A stretch of DNA of 64,000 bases from a virus, in the IMG/VR virus record IMGVR_UViG_3300045988_173726, positions 96,001 through 160,000 of that record, one strand, 5' to 3'. Under the pieces are notes generated by a model. It ran no database searches, was not told the DNA's origin, and worked only from the letters and a program-made list of their open reading frames with translations. A program made the translations under genes and the position numbers. This document shows, one piece after another, positions 7,804 to 16,751 of the stretch (the first letter of the stretch is position 1; the number at the start of each line of letters is the position of its first letter).

Positions 7804-8189
7804 TGAATGGCAGAGTTTTAATTAGCGAAGAGCCGCTAGAGGTGACGCCTATTAGTTGGGATACCCGCGCTATCTTTCGTACTGTGGCTACACCGAGGAA
7901 GATATTAGAGAGGATTCTAAGCATGCCGCAGAGCGATAGTTATAGTGCAAACTTGATTTTGGCAGACGGTTCATTGAATCCGATAAGCGAAGCGGCTCTT
8001 AGGTCTTTGAAGTTTCCGAGAGGCACAGTTGGAGTAGAGTTTTCCCATTCTTATGTGATTAGTGGTGGTTGGGTGACAATTTGGATAGCGATTAAATTTC
8101 GTGAAAAGACGCTTACTTTGCAGGGTGATGCGTGTGGTGTGAGTTCGGCAGTAACTTGGCTTTTAACAACAGAAGAGACGCGGGAGTAG
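7800..8189 (+). CDS. Array paralogue B5, function unknown
   Basis: ATGATG after GAGGTGG. TPRKILERILSMPQS resembles SRVRTNP, FPRGTVGVEF resembles the A3 motif FPIGTVGV, and TLTLQGDACGVSSAVTWLL matches the family C-terminus. Confidence 0.8.
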   Translation: MMNGRVLISEEPLEVTPISWDTRAIFRTVATPRKILERILSMPQSDSYSANLILADGSLNPISEAALRSLKFPRGTVGVEFSHSYVISGGWVTIWIAIKFREKTLTLQGDACGVSSAVTWLLTTEETRE

Positions 8190-8192
8190 CCT

Positions 8193-8627
8193 ATGTATCA
8201 AGTATATACTTACACGTTGAGCGAGCTATACAGTTTGTTTGACAATGGCAGGATTAAGTTGAAAGCGCCTAGTGATAGGACGCTCTCGAATGAGCATGTG
8301 CGGCTCTTGCTTGACGGGATATTTTGCGGTTATCCGATAGCGCCGCTTGTGATAATTAGAGGAGCTACAGAGCTAGGAGAGCCAGTTATTAAGGTTTTGC
8401 ATGGCACGTTTGTTTTGTCTGTTCTGCTCGGATACCGTAAGGGAGCAATACGGAGCAAAGGTTATTTGAGTTTTAAGAGCGTATCTGATAGGTCAAAGCA
8501 CGGAGACAGCGATGATTTTATAAAGCTTATGAACTATGATGTACCTGTTATAGCGCTTAGTGATGCGAAGAGTGGAGAAGCAGAGGCAACGCTACGGTTG
8601 ATTAGAGCAATGGGAAAGCACGAGTGA
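8193..8627 (+). CDS. Mini DUF262/ParB-like N-domain protein C1 (degenerate DGQQR position)
   Basis: LSELYSLFDNGRIKL, LLLDGIFCGYPIAPLVIIRG, VLHGTFVLSVLLGY, DVPVIALSD...LRLIRAMG. The order of motifs matches the DUF262 N-terminal core, but the QR/DGQQR residues are replaced. Confidence 0.5.
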   Translation: MYQVYTYTLSELYSLFDNGRIKLKAPSDRTLSNEHVRLLLDGIFCGYPIAPLVIIRGATELGEPVIKVLHGTFVLSVLLGYRKGAIRSKGYLSFKSVSDRSKHGDSDDFIKLMNYDVPVIALSDAKSGEAEATLRLIRAMGKHE

Positions 8628-8635
8628 GGTAGAAT

Positions 8636-9229
8636 ATGGGAGCGGTCATTAAGAAAGAATTTTGGACGGTAGAGCAGATTTTTCGCTTTGTGGATGAGAG
8701 ATTGGATAAGAACGCCTTTTACACTTTGAGAACAGAGGAAGGTGCAAGTAAGGGCGCAGTGATAGATGATATAACTACGCTAGCGCAGAGTCTTGAGGAG
8801 TTTCCAAACGATGTGTTAAACTGTGTATTTAATAATTATCCACTTCCGAATATCGTACTTTGCCGTGCTAGGTTATTTCCTGACGAGAGATTTAGAGAGG
8901 GTATAGGCGAAGATGTTTGGGCGCTTTGTTCTGGTGAATTAATACTTGGTACACTTTATGCCTACCGTGAAGGTTTAGCTAATTGGCGTGCGGTTGAAGA
9001 GGATGCCGAGATTGATTATGATGACGCCGATGATGCTAATTTTGACTGGTGGAATGGTGAAAGTTATCAGACGCTTGTACAAAAGGCTTCCATGGGGGAT
9101 AGAGAGGCGAAGGAGAGGTTGGAAGCCTTTAATAACTGTGAGATTCCGTTTATTCGTATAATGGAGATTGATGACAAGGAATACATTTGGGAAATTGACG
9201 AAGTGCTTGAGTATTGCTCCGACTACTAA
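8636..9229 (+). CDS. Mini DUF262/ParB-like paralogue C2 (with acidic insert)
   Basis: WTVEQIFRFVDE, NNYPLPNIVLCRA, CSGELILGTLYAY, CEIPFIRIMEID. Confidence 0.5.
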   Translation: MGAVIKKEFWTVEQIFRFVDERLDKNAFYTLRTEEGASKGAVIDDITTLAQSLEEFPNDVLNCVFNNYPLPNIVLCRARLFPDERFREGIGEDVWALCSGELILGTLYAYREGLANWRAVEEDAEIDYDDADDANFDWWNGESYQTLVQKASMGDREAKERLEAFNNCEIPFIRIMEIDDKEYIWEIDEVLEYCSDY

Positions 9230-9239
9230 GAGGCAGTAT

Positions 9240-9635
9240 ATGCAGACAAGCGGGACGGTAACGGTCAAGTGGCTTTACGATAAGTATGACAAACTAGTTA
9301 CGGCGGGAGCATTAAAGCCGTTAAGGTTCGGGGCGATTGTTTACGAGAACGAAGGTCACTATAAAGACATTTTGTCGGCTATCGTGCAGGGCTTGCCTAT
9401 TCCGCAGATAGTGGTAGGGCGAGTGAGAGCGGGGGAGACAGAGCGTTATAGCATAGTTTCTGGCGTGTTTATTCTATGTAGTTTGCTTAATTTTCGTGCC
9501 GAGAGCGGTGGTATGAGCGCAGAGCGAGTATTACAGATTTTAAGCTATTCTGTAAATCTAACGATGCTTGATACGATGACACCCCAGCGTTTAACAGAGG
9601 TAAGTAAGCTTCTAGGCGAGGTTCTGATATGGTAA
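9240..9635 (+). CDS. Mini DUF262/ParB-like paralogue C3
   Basis: In-frame ATG at 9240 lies 6 nt after AAGAGG; the track start at 9168 overlaps C2. Motifs QGLPIPQIVVGRV, VSGVFILCSLLNF. Confidence 0.5.
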   Translation: MQTSGTVTVKWLYDKYDKLVTAGALKPLRFGAIVYENEGHYKDILSAIVQGLPIPQIVVGRVRAGETERYSIVSGVFILCSLLNFRAESGGMSAERVLQILSYSVNLTMLDTMTPQRLTEVSKLLGEVLIW

Positions 9636-9997
9636 ACTACGAAGTAATGGGGATGTCGGTTAGGGACTTGTATCGAAGGTTAAAAAACGGGCAGATTATT
9701 TTAGAGTCAAAATACTTTGTGAAAGCTACGACAAGTAGCGAGGAGTTATTGCTTCGTGGAGTGCTTTCTGGCGTCCCGTTTCCTGCTATCGTGCTAATGC
9801 GAGAGAGCAAGGGCTATAGCGTAATTCTCGGCAGGGAGCTGTTGAGTGTGCTTATATCATTGCTTGATAGTAACGTTTATGAGGAGCTTGACGATATTGA
9901 CAAGTTTATGCTTATGCGTCACTGCTTTTATGTAAATATTGTGGAAGGTCGTGACAGCATAGATATTGTTGTAGAGGTTTTCGAGAGCTTTCGTTAG
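9629..9997 (+). CDS. Mini DUF262/ParB-like paralogue C4
   Basis: VRDLYRRLKNGQIIL, SGVPFPAIVLMRE, ILGRELLSVLISL. Confidence 0.5.
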   Translation: MVNYEVMGMSVRDLYRRLKNGQIILESKYFVKATTSSEELLLRGVLSGVPFPAIVLMRESKGYSVILGRELLSVLISLLDSNVYEELDDIDKFMLMRHCFYVNIVEGRDSIDIVVEVFESFR

Positions 9998-10010
9998 GAG
10001 GACTTGTTGC

Positions 10011-10379
10011 ATGAAGCACTTTAACTGTTACAACATCGACTTAACTATTTTTGATATACATGATAAGTGTTCCAGTGGAGATTTGTTGTACAAGTGTGGC
10101 AGTGATATTAAAGAGAGTGACATTGAGCTGTTAAATACCTGCCTTGAGTCTGGCTATCCGCTTCCAACACTGGTAGTTTACATAGGGAAAGACGCGCCAG
10201 CAAGGGTTCTGGTGGGTAATAGACTTGTTGCAACGATTAGCGCGTTTGTGACTATGGGAAAGTACAAAAGTTCAGTGCGAGAGAGGTTGTTTAAGAGCAT
10301 TCATTGTATCATAATAGATTCAGCTAGTCTCAGTGACGCGAATAACATTCGGCGTTTATTTAAGAGGTTTTCAGCATGA
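10011..10379 (+). CDS. Mini DUF262/ParB-like paralogue C5
   Basis: ATG after AGGAGG. Motifs ESGYPLPTLVVYIG, LVGNRLVATISAF. Confidence 0.5.
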   Translation: MKHFNCYNIDLTIFDIHDKCSSGDLLYKCGSDIKESDIELLNTCLESGYPLPTLVVYIGKDAPARVLVGNRLVATISAFVTMGKYKSSVRERLFKSIHCIIIDSASLSDANNIRRLFKRFSA

Positions 10380-10771
10380 GCAAGAAGTATAGGGAGATTA
10401 AGATTAAACCAGAGGAGTTAGGGCACTTGGCAGATAATTTCAAGTTATCTGTCGTGAATATTGGCAATCGGGTAGCTACTAAGCTAGACATTAGCAGAGT
10501 GAAGTCGCTTGCGGCGCATGGATTTCCGTTTCCTACGCTTGTTTTAGCAGAGTATTTAGTGGACGGGAATAGAAAGTATCGTGTTGTTTATGGCGCTGGG
10601 CTTGTATCGGCTATTTTGTCCTACATAGCTAACGCTTCGGAGAAGGAAAAGGATACGCAAGCGTTTAAGGAGTTTATGCGGTACGAGTTTACGGCTTTTG
10701 TGGTGGGCAGTGATAACAAGGAGAACGATTACTTGTTTGATGCATTTAAGGGAATAAACAGAAAGGGTTAA
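10376..10771 (+). CDS. Mini DUF262/ParB-like paralogue C6
   Basis: ATGA coupling. Motifs AHGFPFPTLVLAEY, VYGAGLVSAILSY. Confidence 0.5.
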   Translation: MSKKYREIKIKPEELGHLADNFKLSVVNIGNRVATKLDISRVKSLAAHGFPFPTLVLAEYLVDGNRKYRVVYGAGLVSAILSYIANASEKEKDTQAFKEFMRYEFTAFVVGSDNKENDYLFDAFKGINRKG

Positions 10772-12361
10772 ATGGAGATAAAAGAGCTACTTAATGGGGT
10801 AATAGACGAGAGAGAGCTTGATTATCGGGTGTTAATCGGGGAAGAGGGGGCTTCAAAGCCCCCGTTAATCCCGTTTTTTAATTTAATGCCTGCATTAAAC
10901 TTAATGCATCGGCATTTGGTTCGTGGCGGGAGTGTGTTAATTCACGCAGATGTTGATATGGACGGGTTAGGCGCAGCGAAAGTTGTAAGAGAGGAGCTTA
11001 ATGCGATTGGGTTTAAGGATATAAAGACCTGTATCAACAGTAAGCGGGAGCATGGGATGAATCCGCAGATAGTGTCTCATGTGAATAGCAAGAAGCCGAG
11101 TTTATTTATAGTCGTAGACAGTAGTAGTAACGACTTAGAGTATATAAAGGCTTTGGAGTGCGATGTAATGGTCTTAGACCATCATATAGTAGAGCATAGC
11201 GAGTATTCTGGAAAGACAGCTGGCGGGGAGTATCTAATCATAAACTGTATGATAGATAACAAGGCAGATGGTTATGAAGCAGACGAGGATATGTCGGGAG
11301 CATTGGTAGCTTACGAGTTTTTCCGTCAGTATGAGGACAGAGTAGACAGGCATTATCTTGAGGGTCTTAAGTTGTATCAGTGGGTCGGGGTAACTTTGAT
11401 TTCCGACATCATACGGACGGGGAATGCAAGGAACCAGTGGTATATCGAAAGGACGATAAATCAGACAGAGCTTAGAGACGAGTTGCGGGTTTTAATGCGG
11501 GTGTTGAATCCGAACGAGAAGAGGCTAACGCGGTCGTTTATCGCCTATAAGCTAGTCCCTGCGGTAAATAAGGCGATACGGGCGGGGGCTACAGCGGTAG
11601 CACTGTATGTAATCATGGCACATCCAGAGGAAGCATATAAGCTAGAGGTTTACGGGAAGTATCAGCCGAAGGTAAACGACATTCCGAAGCGGGTTGTGCG
11701 GATAGAGAACGGAATCGGGATAGTCGATTTAGGTGAGCTTAATTTAGCGGTGAATGTGCTTGGGTTAGCGGTAAACTATACGGGCTTGGTAGCGGCTATG
11801 GTAATGAGAAAGCATAACTGTAGTGCGATAGCATATGTGCGTGATACGGATAGCGAGGGGAACACGATTTTCCGTGGGTCATTTCGCGGGAGAGCGCACG
11901 GATTGCCCTATAAGGAGATAGCCACGAAGTATAGTATTATGGCGCAGGGGCATACGAACGCCTTTGGTATAAGGGTAAAGCCTAGTGAGTTAAGCCGTTT
12001 AACGGGGGCGCTAGGTATTAGTGAGAGTGCCTATCGGTATAAGCCGTATTGCACGATGTATCCGATACGGGATGACTTGCGGGGGCGACATTTTAAGGAT
12101 TTAGGGGAGCTAAGAGAGGGGAAGAAACTTTTGTATCTCGGGATAGCGAATAGTCGGTTGTCGTCCGATGAGCAGATAAATGTGACGATGGAGAGTAAGA
12201 ATCTAGTGCTTACGGAGGAGCATACGAACTACTACAAGTACGAGATAGACGGCTACGAGGTAACAGCCTTTGAGCGCGTGAAAACGGAATTTGTAGACAT
12301 ATATTTTGAGTATGGTGAGTATCTTCGTGGCTATGTGCGAGCTAGACACGACAGCATTTAG
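10772..12361 (+). CDS. RecJ-like DHH-family phosphoesterase / single-strand DNA exonuclease
   Basis: DHH motifs in order: HADVDMDG, VVDSSSND, VLDHH. DHHA1-like AQGHTNAFG near the C-terminal half. Confidence 0.7.
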   Translation: MEIKELLNGVIDERELDYRVLIGEEGASKPPLIPFFNLMPALNLMHRHLVRGGSVLIHADVDMDGLGAAKVVREELNAIGFKDIKTCINSKREHGMNPQIVSHVNSKKPSLFIVVDSSSNDLEYIKALECDVMVLDHHIVEHSEYSGKTAGGEYLIINCMIDNKADGYEADEDMSGALVAYEFFRQYEDRVDRHYLEGLKLYQWVGVTLISDIIRTGNARNQWYIERTINQTELRDELRVLMRVLNPNEKRLTRSFIAYKLVPAVNKAIRAGATAVALYVIMAHPEEAYKLEVYGKYQPKVNDIPKRVVRIENGIGIVDLGELNLAVNVLGLAVNYTGLVAAMVMRKHNCSAIAYVRDTDSEGNTIFRGSFRGRAHGLPYKEIATKYSIMAQGHTNAFGIRVKPSELSRLTGALGISESAYRYKPYCTMYPIRDDLRGRHFKDLGELREGKKLLYLGIANSRLSSDEQINVTMESKNLVLTEEHTNYYKYEIDGYEVTAFERVKTEFVDIYFEYGEYLRGYVRARHDSI

Positions 12362-12370
12362 ACCTCACTT

Positions 12371-12429
12371 AATACCGCCTTTGTATCTTGGGCATAACTT
12401 AAAGTCTCAAGAGAAAGGCGGTATTTTGC
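12371..12429 (+). terminator. Long hairpin after the RecJ-like gene
   Basis: AATACCGCCTTT ... AAAGGCGGTATT with an inner TCTTG/CAAGA stem, followed by TTTTG. Confidence 0.5.
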
Positions 12430-12430
12430 T

Positions 12431-13261
12431 GTGAAGATTGGAAATAAAGTCGTTCACAAGACATCATTGAATGAGGGAAAGAGCCTTGTGCCTGTAATTG
12501 CGGTAGGTGCGGGTATCGTAGGCGCAGTGGTTTATGTGTCGCTTGTCGGTAGGAATGCGAGTAAGAGCGTACAGGTTGCGCAGTTAAAGAGTAGCGTTTA
12601 TAAGAATCAGCCGATTACGCTGGATATGCTACAGCCGTATGATATGTTGCAGGCAGAGTATGACAAGCAGATAATGTCCACGGCGAATAGTGACGGCACG
12701 GTGGAGAAGCGTTTAGTTGCTTGGAAAGATGTGCAGGGCTATTTGTCGCAGGGTGCGTTTGCGGCGTATCAGCTTCCGAAGGAGAGTTTTCTCGATTTAA
12801 GGACGCTTATGACGAGCAGAGTGGACAATAGCGACAGTGTTCTTTACAGTTTCCCGGGAAAAGAGGTTGTACAGCTTGAAGTAAACGGTGCAGACTTAAA
12901 TGCGTTCAAGACTTTCATACAACCTGGAGATAAAGTAAACATTGATGCTATATACTCCGAGGATATGCAGAGTGGTAACGACAGAGTTAAGATATATCGT
13001 TCCGAGCCAGTGTTTACGGGCATTATGATAGCGGATATTATCAACAGTTCGGGTGCTTCGGTATTAGACATGTATGCAGAGTATAACGCAATGTCCGAGG
13101 TAGATAAGGCGGCATTGGATAACGATGCGACATGGCAGGAGCAGACAGAGCCGAGTTCGCTGTTAGTCGCCTTAACGCCAGATGAGAAGGACAGCTATTA
13201 TAAGTTCTTAAATCGCGACAATGTGAAGTTTAAGGTGTCGTTGCCGCAGAGAGCGGACTAA
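12431..13261 (+). CDS. CpaB/RcpC-like pilus assembly protein (N-terminal TM anchor)
   Basis: N-terminal TM segment LVPVIAVGAGIVGAVVYVSLVG, then a SAF-like segment (VQVAQLKSSVYKNQPITLDML). Sits at the head of the Tad-type operon. GTG start with a weak RBS. Confidence 0.5.
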   Translation: MKIGNKVVHKTSLNEGKSLVPVIAVGAGIVGAVVYVSLVGRNASKSVQVAQLKSSVYKNQPITLDMLQPYDMLQAEYDKQIMSTANSDGTVEKRLVAWKDVQGYLSQGAFAAYQLPKESFLDLRTLMTSRVDNSDSVLYSFPGKEVVQLEVNGADLNAFKTFIQPGDKVNIDAIYSEDMQSGNDRVKIYRSEPVFTGIMIADIINSSGASVLDMYAEYNAMSEVDKAALDNDATWQEQTEPSSLLVALTPDEKDSYYKFLNRDNVKFKVSLPQRAD

Positions 13262-13273
13262 GGGGGTAGGTTC

Positions 13274-14197
13274 ATGGCAGATATGCAGGATATACTTAAC
13301 TCTTCGGATATGGCTGACGGAAACGACTTACGGAGTAAGACAGATAAGGCGGTAGGTCGCTTAATCAGTCGTTTTTCTGGGGCAGATGAGAGTAGGAAGA
13401 TAGTAAAGCGGGTGTTAAACAATGTCATCGTGTTTATGGGAGCAAGCGGTGGCGCGGGAGCAAGCACGCTGGTCGCGACAGAAGCGGTTGCGATGAAGGA
13501 GAAGGGTCTTACGGTAGCGGTAGTTGACCTTGGAATCATGTTTCCGAGTCAGCATATCTATTTTGACTTAGACCAGTCTATCGGAAAAGCAGATTTAGTT
13601 TCGTATCTTTCGGGTAATAACGGGTTAAATGTGTCGCTTGAGTATAGCGATGTGCTGTTTAACAACGAGGCTACGGGGGTGGCAACGCTAACTGCTTGTA
13701 ACAGGACGCTTCGGGACTATGTGGTTATTGACAGTTCAAATGACGCGGTGCAAGCTTTAACGGAGGCATTAAACAGGCTTTCGAGTTTATTTGATGTAGT
13801 TCTAATCGACTGTAAGCTTGATTTAAGCTCTATGCTTGTGCAGACGACTCTGTTTAGGGCAGATAACATCTACTTGGTTATGGACGATGGGGTGCAGTCG
13901 CTCATAAATGTCAGTAAGCTCCGCGCAAACCTAGACGATTCGGGTATAAACACGAATAAGGTGCGTTATATCATGAACAAGCGTAAGAGTTTCTATTACG
14001 CAGAAAACAACTTAAAAGCGCTCGGTATAGAGTTAATCGGTATTTTGCCGTTTGAGATGGGTGTAGTCGAGTGCGGTTTAAGGGGACAGCTATTTACGGT
14101 ATCGGGAAAGAATACTAGCAAGACTTCCCCGAAGTATTTAGAGGCGGTAGACAGTCTAACGGCATCAATCCTTGAGATAGGAGGATATACAGAGTGA
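13274..14197 (+). CDS. TadZ/CpaE-like ParA/MinD-fold protein with a P-loop lacking the Lys
   Basis: VIVFMGASGGAGASTLVA...LTVAVVDLG. The later D-rich strand FDVVLIDC fits the MinD/ParA fold. Lies immediately upstream of the TadA-type ATPase. Confidence 0.65.
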   Translation: MADMQDILNSSDMADGNDLRSKTDKAVGRLISRFSGADESRKIVKRVLNNVIVFMGASGGAGASTLVATEAVAMKEKGLTVAVVDLGIMFPSQHIYFDLDQSIGKADLVSYLSGNNGLNVSLEYSDVLFNNEATGVATLTACNRTLRDYVVIDSSNDAVQALTEALNRLSSLFDVVLIDCKLDLSSMLVQTTLFRADNIYLVMDDGVQSLINVSKLRANLDDSGINTNKVRYIMNKRKSFYYAENNLKALGIELIGILPFEMGVVECGLRGQLFTVSGKNTSKTSPKYLEAVDSLTASILEIGGYTE

Positions 14198-15744
14198 ATC
14201 CAGAGCAGTATTTGCATATGCAGTCAAAGCGTGGTGCAAAGCAGACCACGACAGACAAGACAGCGCGTCCGTTTGAGAGTGTATTAACGGAGTGCAGAGG
14301 GTATATCGACAAGAATGCCGATTCGCTGGAGAGTAAGTCGGGTACAGAAAAGACAAAGAAGATAGGCGAGTTGATTTTGTCGTATCTGATGCAGGCGAAG
14401 CCGTTGGTCGAGGGGTTTATAAACGCGGACGGCACTTCCGACACACAGGGGTTAACCCAGCGTTTAACGCAGGAAATCACGGATTACGGTATTTTAACGG
14501 ATGCGTTAGAGAACGATGACATTTTCGAGATACGAGATAACGGTCGAGAGATAAAGGTCGAGATAAAGGGACATGTAGAGGACTATCGCGACCCAAAGAC
14601 AGGTCATATCGTAAGGTTTGACTCGCCAGAACAGCAGAAAACGGTCATTGCGAAGTTGCTCGGCGATGTGAGACTTACGCCAAAGGACGCAGTGGTTAAT
14701 GCGAGAACGGTGCAGGGCTATCGTGTAGCGGCATTGCATAGTTCGGCGCAGTCGAAAGACCCGATAGACCCGTCAAACGACCAGTATGCTTCGTTTGTTC
14801 TCCGTAAGTTTAAGCGGAATCGAATGAATCTTGGCGACATAGTAAAGAGCGGTACGCTAAGTGACAACATGGCGCGTTTACTTGCACTTAGTATGTCGGG
14901 AAGTTTAACTTTCTTCACCGTTGGACCAACATCTTCTGGTAAGACGACAACGAACCAAGCGATTTTGCAGGCAACGCCGCCTAAGCAGAGAGTTGTGTTG
15001 CTACAGAATCCGTCCGAGATAGACCTTCGTATGCGAGATTCAACGGGTCGTATCATAAACGATGTGTTGCACTTAGAGGCAAAGGACGACATACAGAATC
15101 CGCTCCCGACTTCTCCGACTATGGAGAACTTGATGAAGCACATTTTGCGACTTTCTCCGACATTTGTGTGTTTCGGTGAGCTTCGAGATAATGTAGAGTT
15201 TCAGCGTGGCATCAGTATCGGTTTAGCGGGTCATCCGTTTAACTGCACCTATCACGCCGAGGATTCGGCGGGTGCAATCGACCGATTCTTAAAGGCGTAT
15301 ATAGCGGCTTCTGGAGAGGGTATAGACACTTCGATGAGTACACTAACGAGGCTTTTGAATTTGATTATTGTGCAGAAGATACTGCCAGACGGCACGCGAA
15401 AGATTTTACAGATTTCGGAGGTAATCGGCACAGACCCGAACGATTCAAGCAAGCCGATAATCAACGATATTTACAGGTATGTGATTGACGAAGAGCCAGA
15501 CCTTGACGATGAGGGAAATGTTCTTCGGATTAACGGTAAGCATAAGCGGGTCGGTTGTTTATCGGAGAAGATAGTGCATAAGTTAAAAATCGAGGGTGTT
15601 GCGACAACGCGGTTTGATTTTCTGTTAAAGCCGCCGACAGCGGACGAGGTAGAGACTTATGAGGGCAACTACGAGACGATTATCCATTACGGCTTGGATA
15701 AGCTAAGAGAGCAGAAGCGCATGAATGCGTTAAAGAAGGACTAA
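14194..15744 (+). CDS. tadA: TadA/CpaF-type secretion ATPase (VirB11/PilT superfamily)
   Basis: Walker A GPTSSGKTTT, Asp-box-like LLQNPSEID, Walker B-like VCFGELRD, His-box GHPFNCTYHA. GTG start after AGGAGG. Confidence 0.85.
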   Translation: MNPEQYLHMQSKRGAKQTTTDKTARPFESVLTECRGYIDKNADSLESKSGTEKTKKIGELILSYLMQAKPLVEGFINADGTSDTQGLTQRLTQEITDYGILTDALENDDIFEIRDNGREIKVEIKGHVEDYRDPKTGHIVRFDSPEQQKTVIAKLLGDVRLTPKDAVVNARTVQGYRVAALHSSAQSKDPIDPSNDQYASFVLRKFKRNRMNLGDIVKSGTLSDNMARLLALSMSGSLTFFTVGPTSSGKTTTNQAILQATPPKQRVVLLQNPSEIDLRMRDSTGRIINDVLHLEAKDDIQNPLPTSPTMENLMKHILRLSPTFVCFGELRDNVEFQRGISIGLAGHPFNCTYHAEDSAGAIDRFLKAYIAASGEGIDTSMSTLTRLLNLIIVQKILPDGTRKILQISEVIGTDPNDSSKPIINDIYRYVIDEEPDLDDEGNVLRINGKHKRVGCLSEKIVHKLKIEGVATTRFDFLLKPPTADEVETYEGNYETIIHYGLDKLREQKRMNALKKD

Positions 15745-15756
15745 GGGGGTGATGGA

Positions 15757-16749
15757 ATGAAGATAAGCCCGTCACTTTATACGGTAGCGGGGGCTTCAAA
15801 GGTGGCGACACTGGTGATAATCCTCCTAGCGCTGTATGTGTTTATCGTTTGGTTTGGGATACATCCGCTAGATGTATTGCTTATCGGCTTAGACAAGTTC
15901 ACAAGGCTTGTAGGTCGGAGGGTAAATAGGCTTGACGAGCGGTATAAGCGAAATGTCGAGGTAGGTAAGCTTCGTGACGGAAGTAACTCGGTTAGGCTTT
16001 ATAAGTTTATGAACGACTTAACGATAGACTTAGGGTATAAGCGAAAGGGTGTAACGCCATACGAGTTGATGCTGTTTATTCTAGTCATATCGGTAGTGGT
16101 ATCGCTTTTAATCGGGGAGCTGATATTTAGAAGCCTGTTGCTTTCATTTCTAGCGTTTATCCCAGTGCTTTTGTCGGTGTGTTGCATCCTTTATACGAAG
16201 GCAAATATCTCGCATGATAGCCGAATCGAGGCAGTTATTTTAGCGGAGAACATAATCTCTGCAAATATCGACCGAGGCGTGGTCGTTGCGATAAGGACAA
16301 ACATTGAGTCGATGCCGATAAGCATTAAGTCCGAGTTTACGAAGTTTTTAGACAGGGTAGAGACGCAGAACTACTACATCGAGACAGCACTATTAGAGCT
16401 AGGTGCGTCCCTTGGTTCTATATCGGACGATTTTATCAGTAAGTGCATCACTTTCGAGCTTGAGGAAGAGGCTGGTTTAGCTGGTATCTTCAAAGATGTG
16501 GTAGAGGTGAATAACATAAAGACCGAGCTTAGAATCGACATGAAGCACAAGTTTGAGGCAGTGACATTTGACTTCATAATCAGTGCTACGATGGTGTTTG
16601 TGTTTTTAATCGGTGCGATAGCGATATATCCGATTTTGCAGAGATTTTATTTCCGAATGATAGTAGGACAGCTTCTTCTCCTAGTGGATTTCATGCTTGT
16701 GGTGTTTGAGTTTGTCTACATCACTTATCTTAGAGCAAAAGAGGTGTAA
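15757..16749 (+). CDS. TadB-like (T2SSF-type) inner-membrane platform protein
   Basis: N-terminal TM, two central TMs, a cytoplasmic helical segment and C-terminal TMs. Lies directly after the ATPase. Confidence 0.55.
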   Translation: MKISPSLYTVAGASKVATLVIILLALYVFIVWFGIHPLDVLLIGLDKFTRLVGRRVNRLDERYKRNVEVGKLRDGSNSVRLYKFMNDLTIDLGYKRKGVTPYELMLFILVISVVVSLLIGELIFRSLLLSFLAFIPVLLSVCCILYTKANISHDSRIEAVILAENIISANIDRGVVVAIRTNIESMPISIKSEFTKFLDRVETQNYYIETALLELGASLGSISDDFISKCITFELEEEAGLAGIFKDVVEVNNIKTELRIDMKHKFEAVTFDFIISATMVFVFLIGAIAIYPILQRFYFRMIVGQLLLLVDFMLVVFEFVYITYLRAKEV

Positions 16750-16751
16750 GT

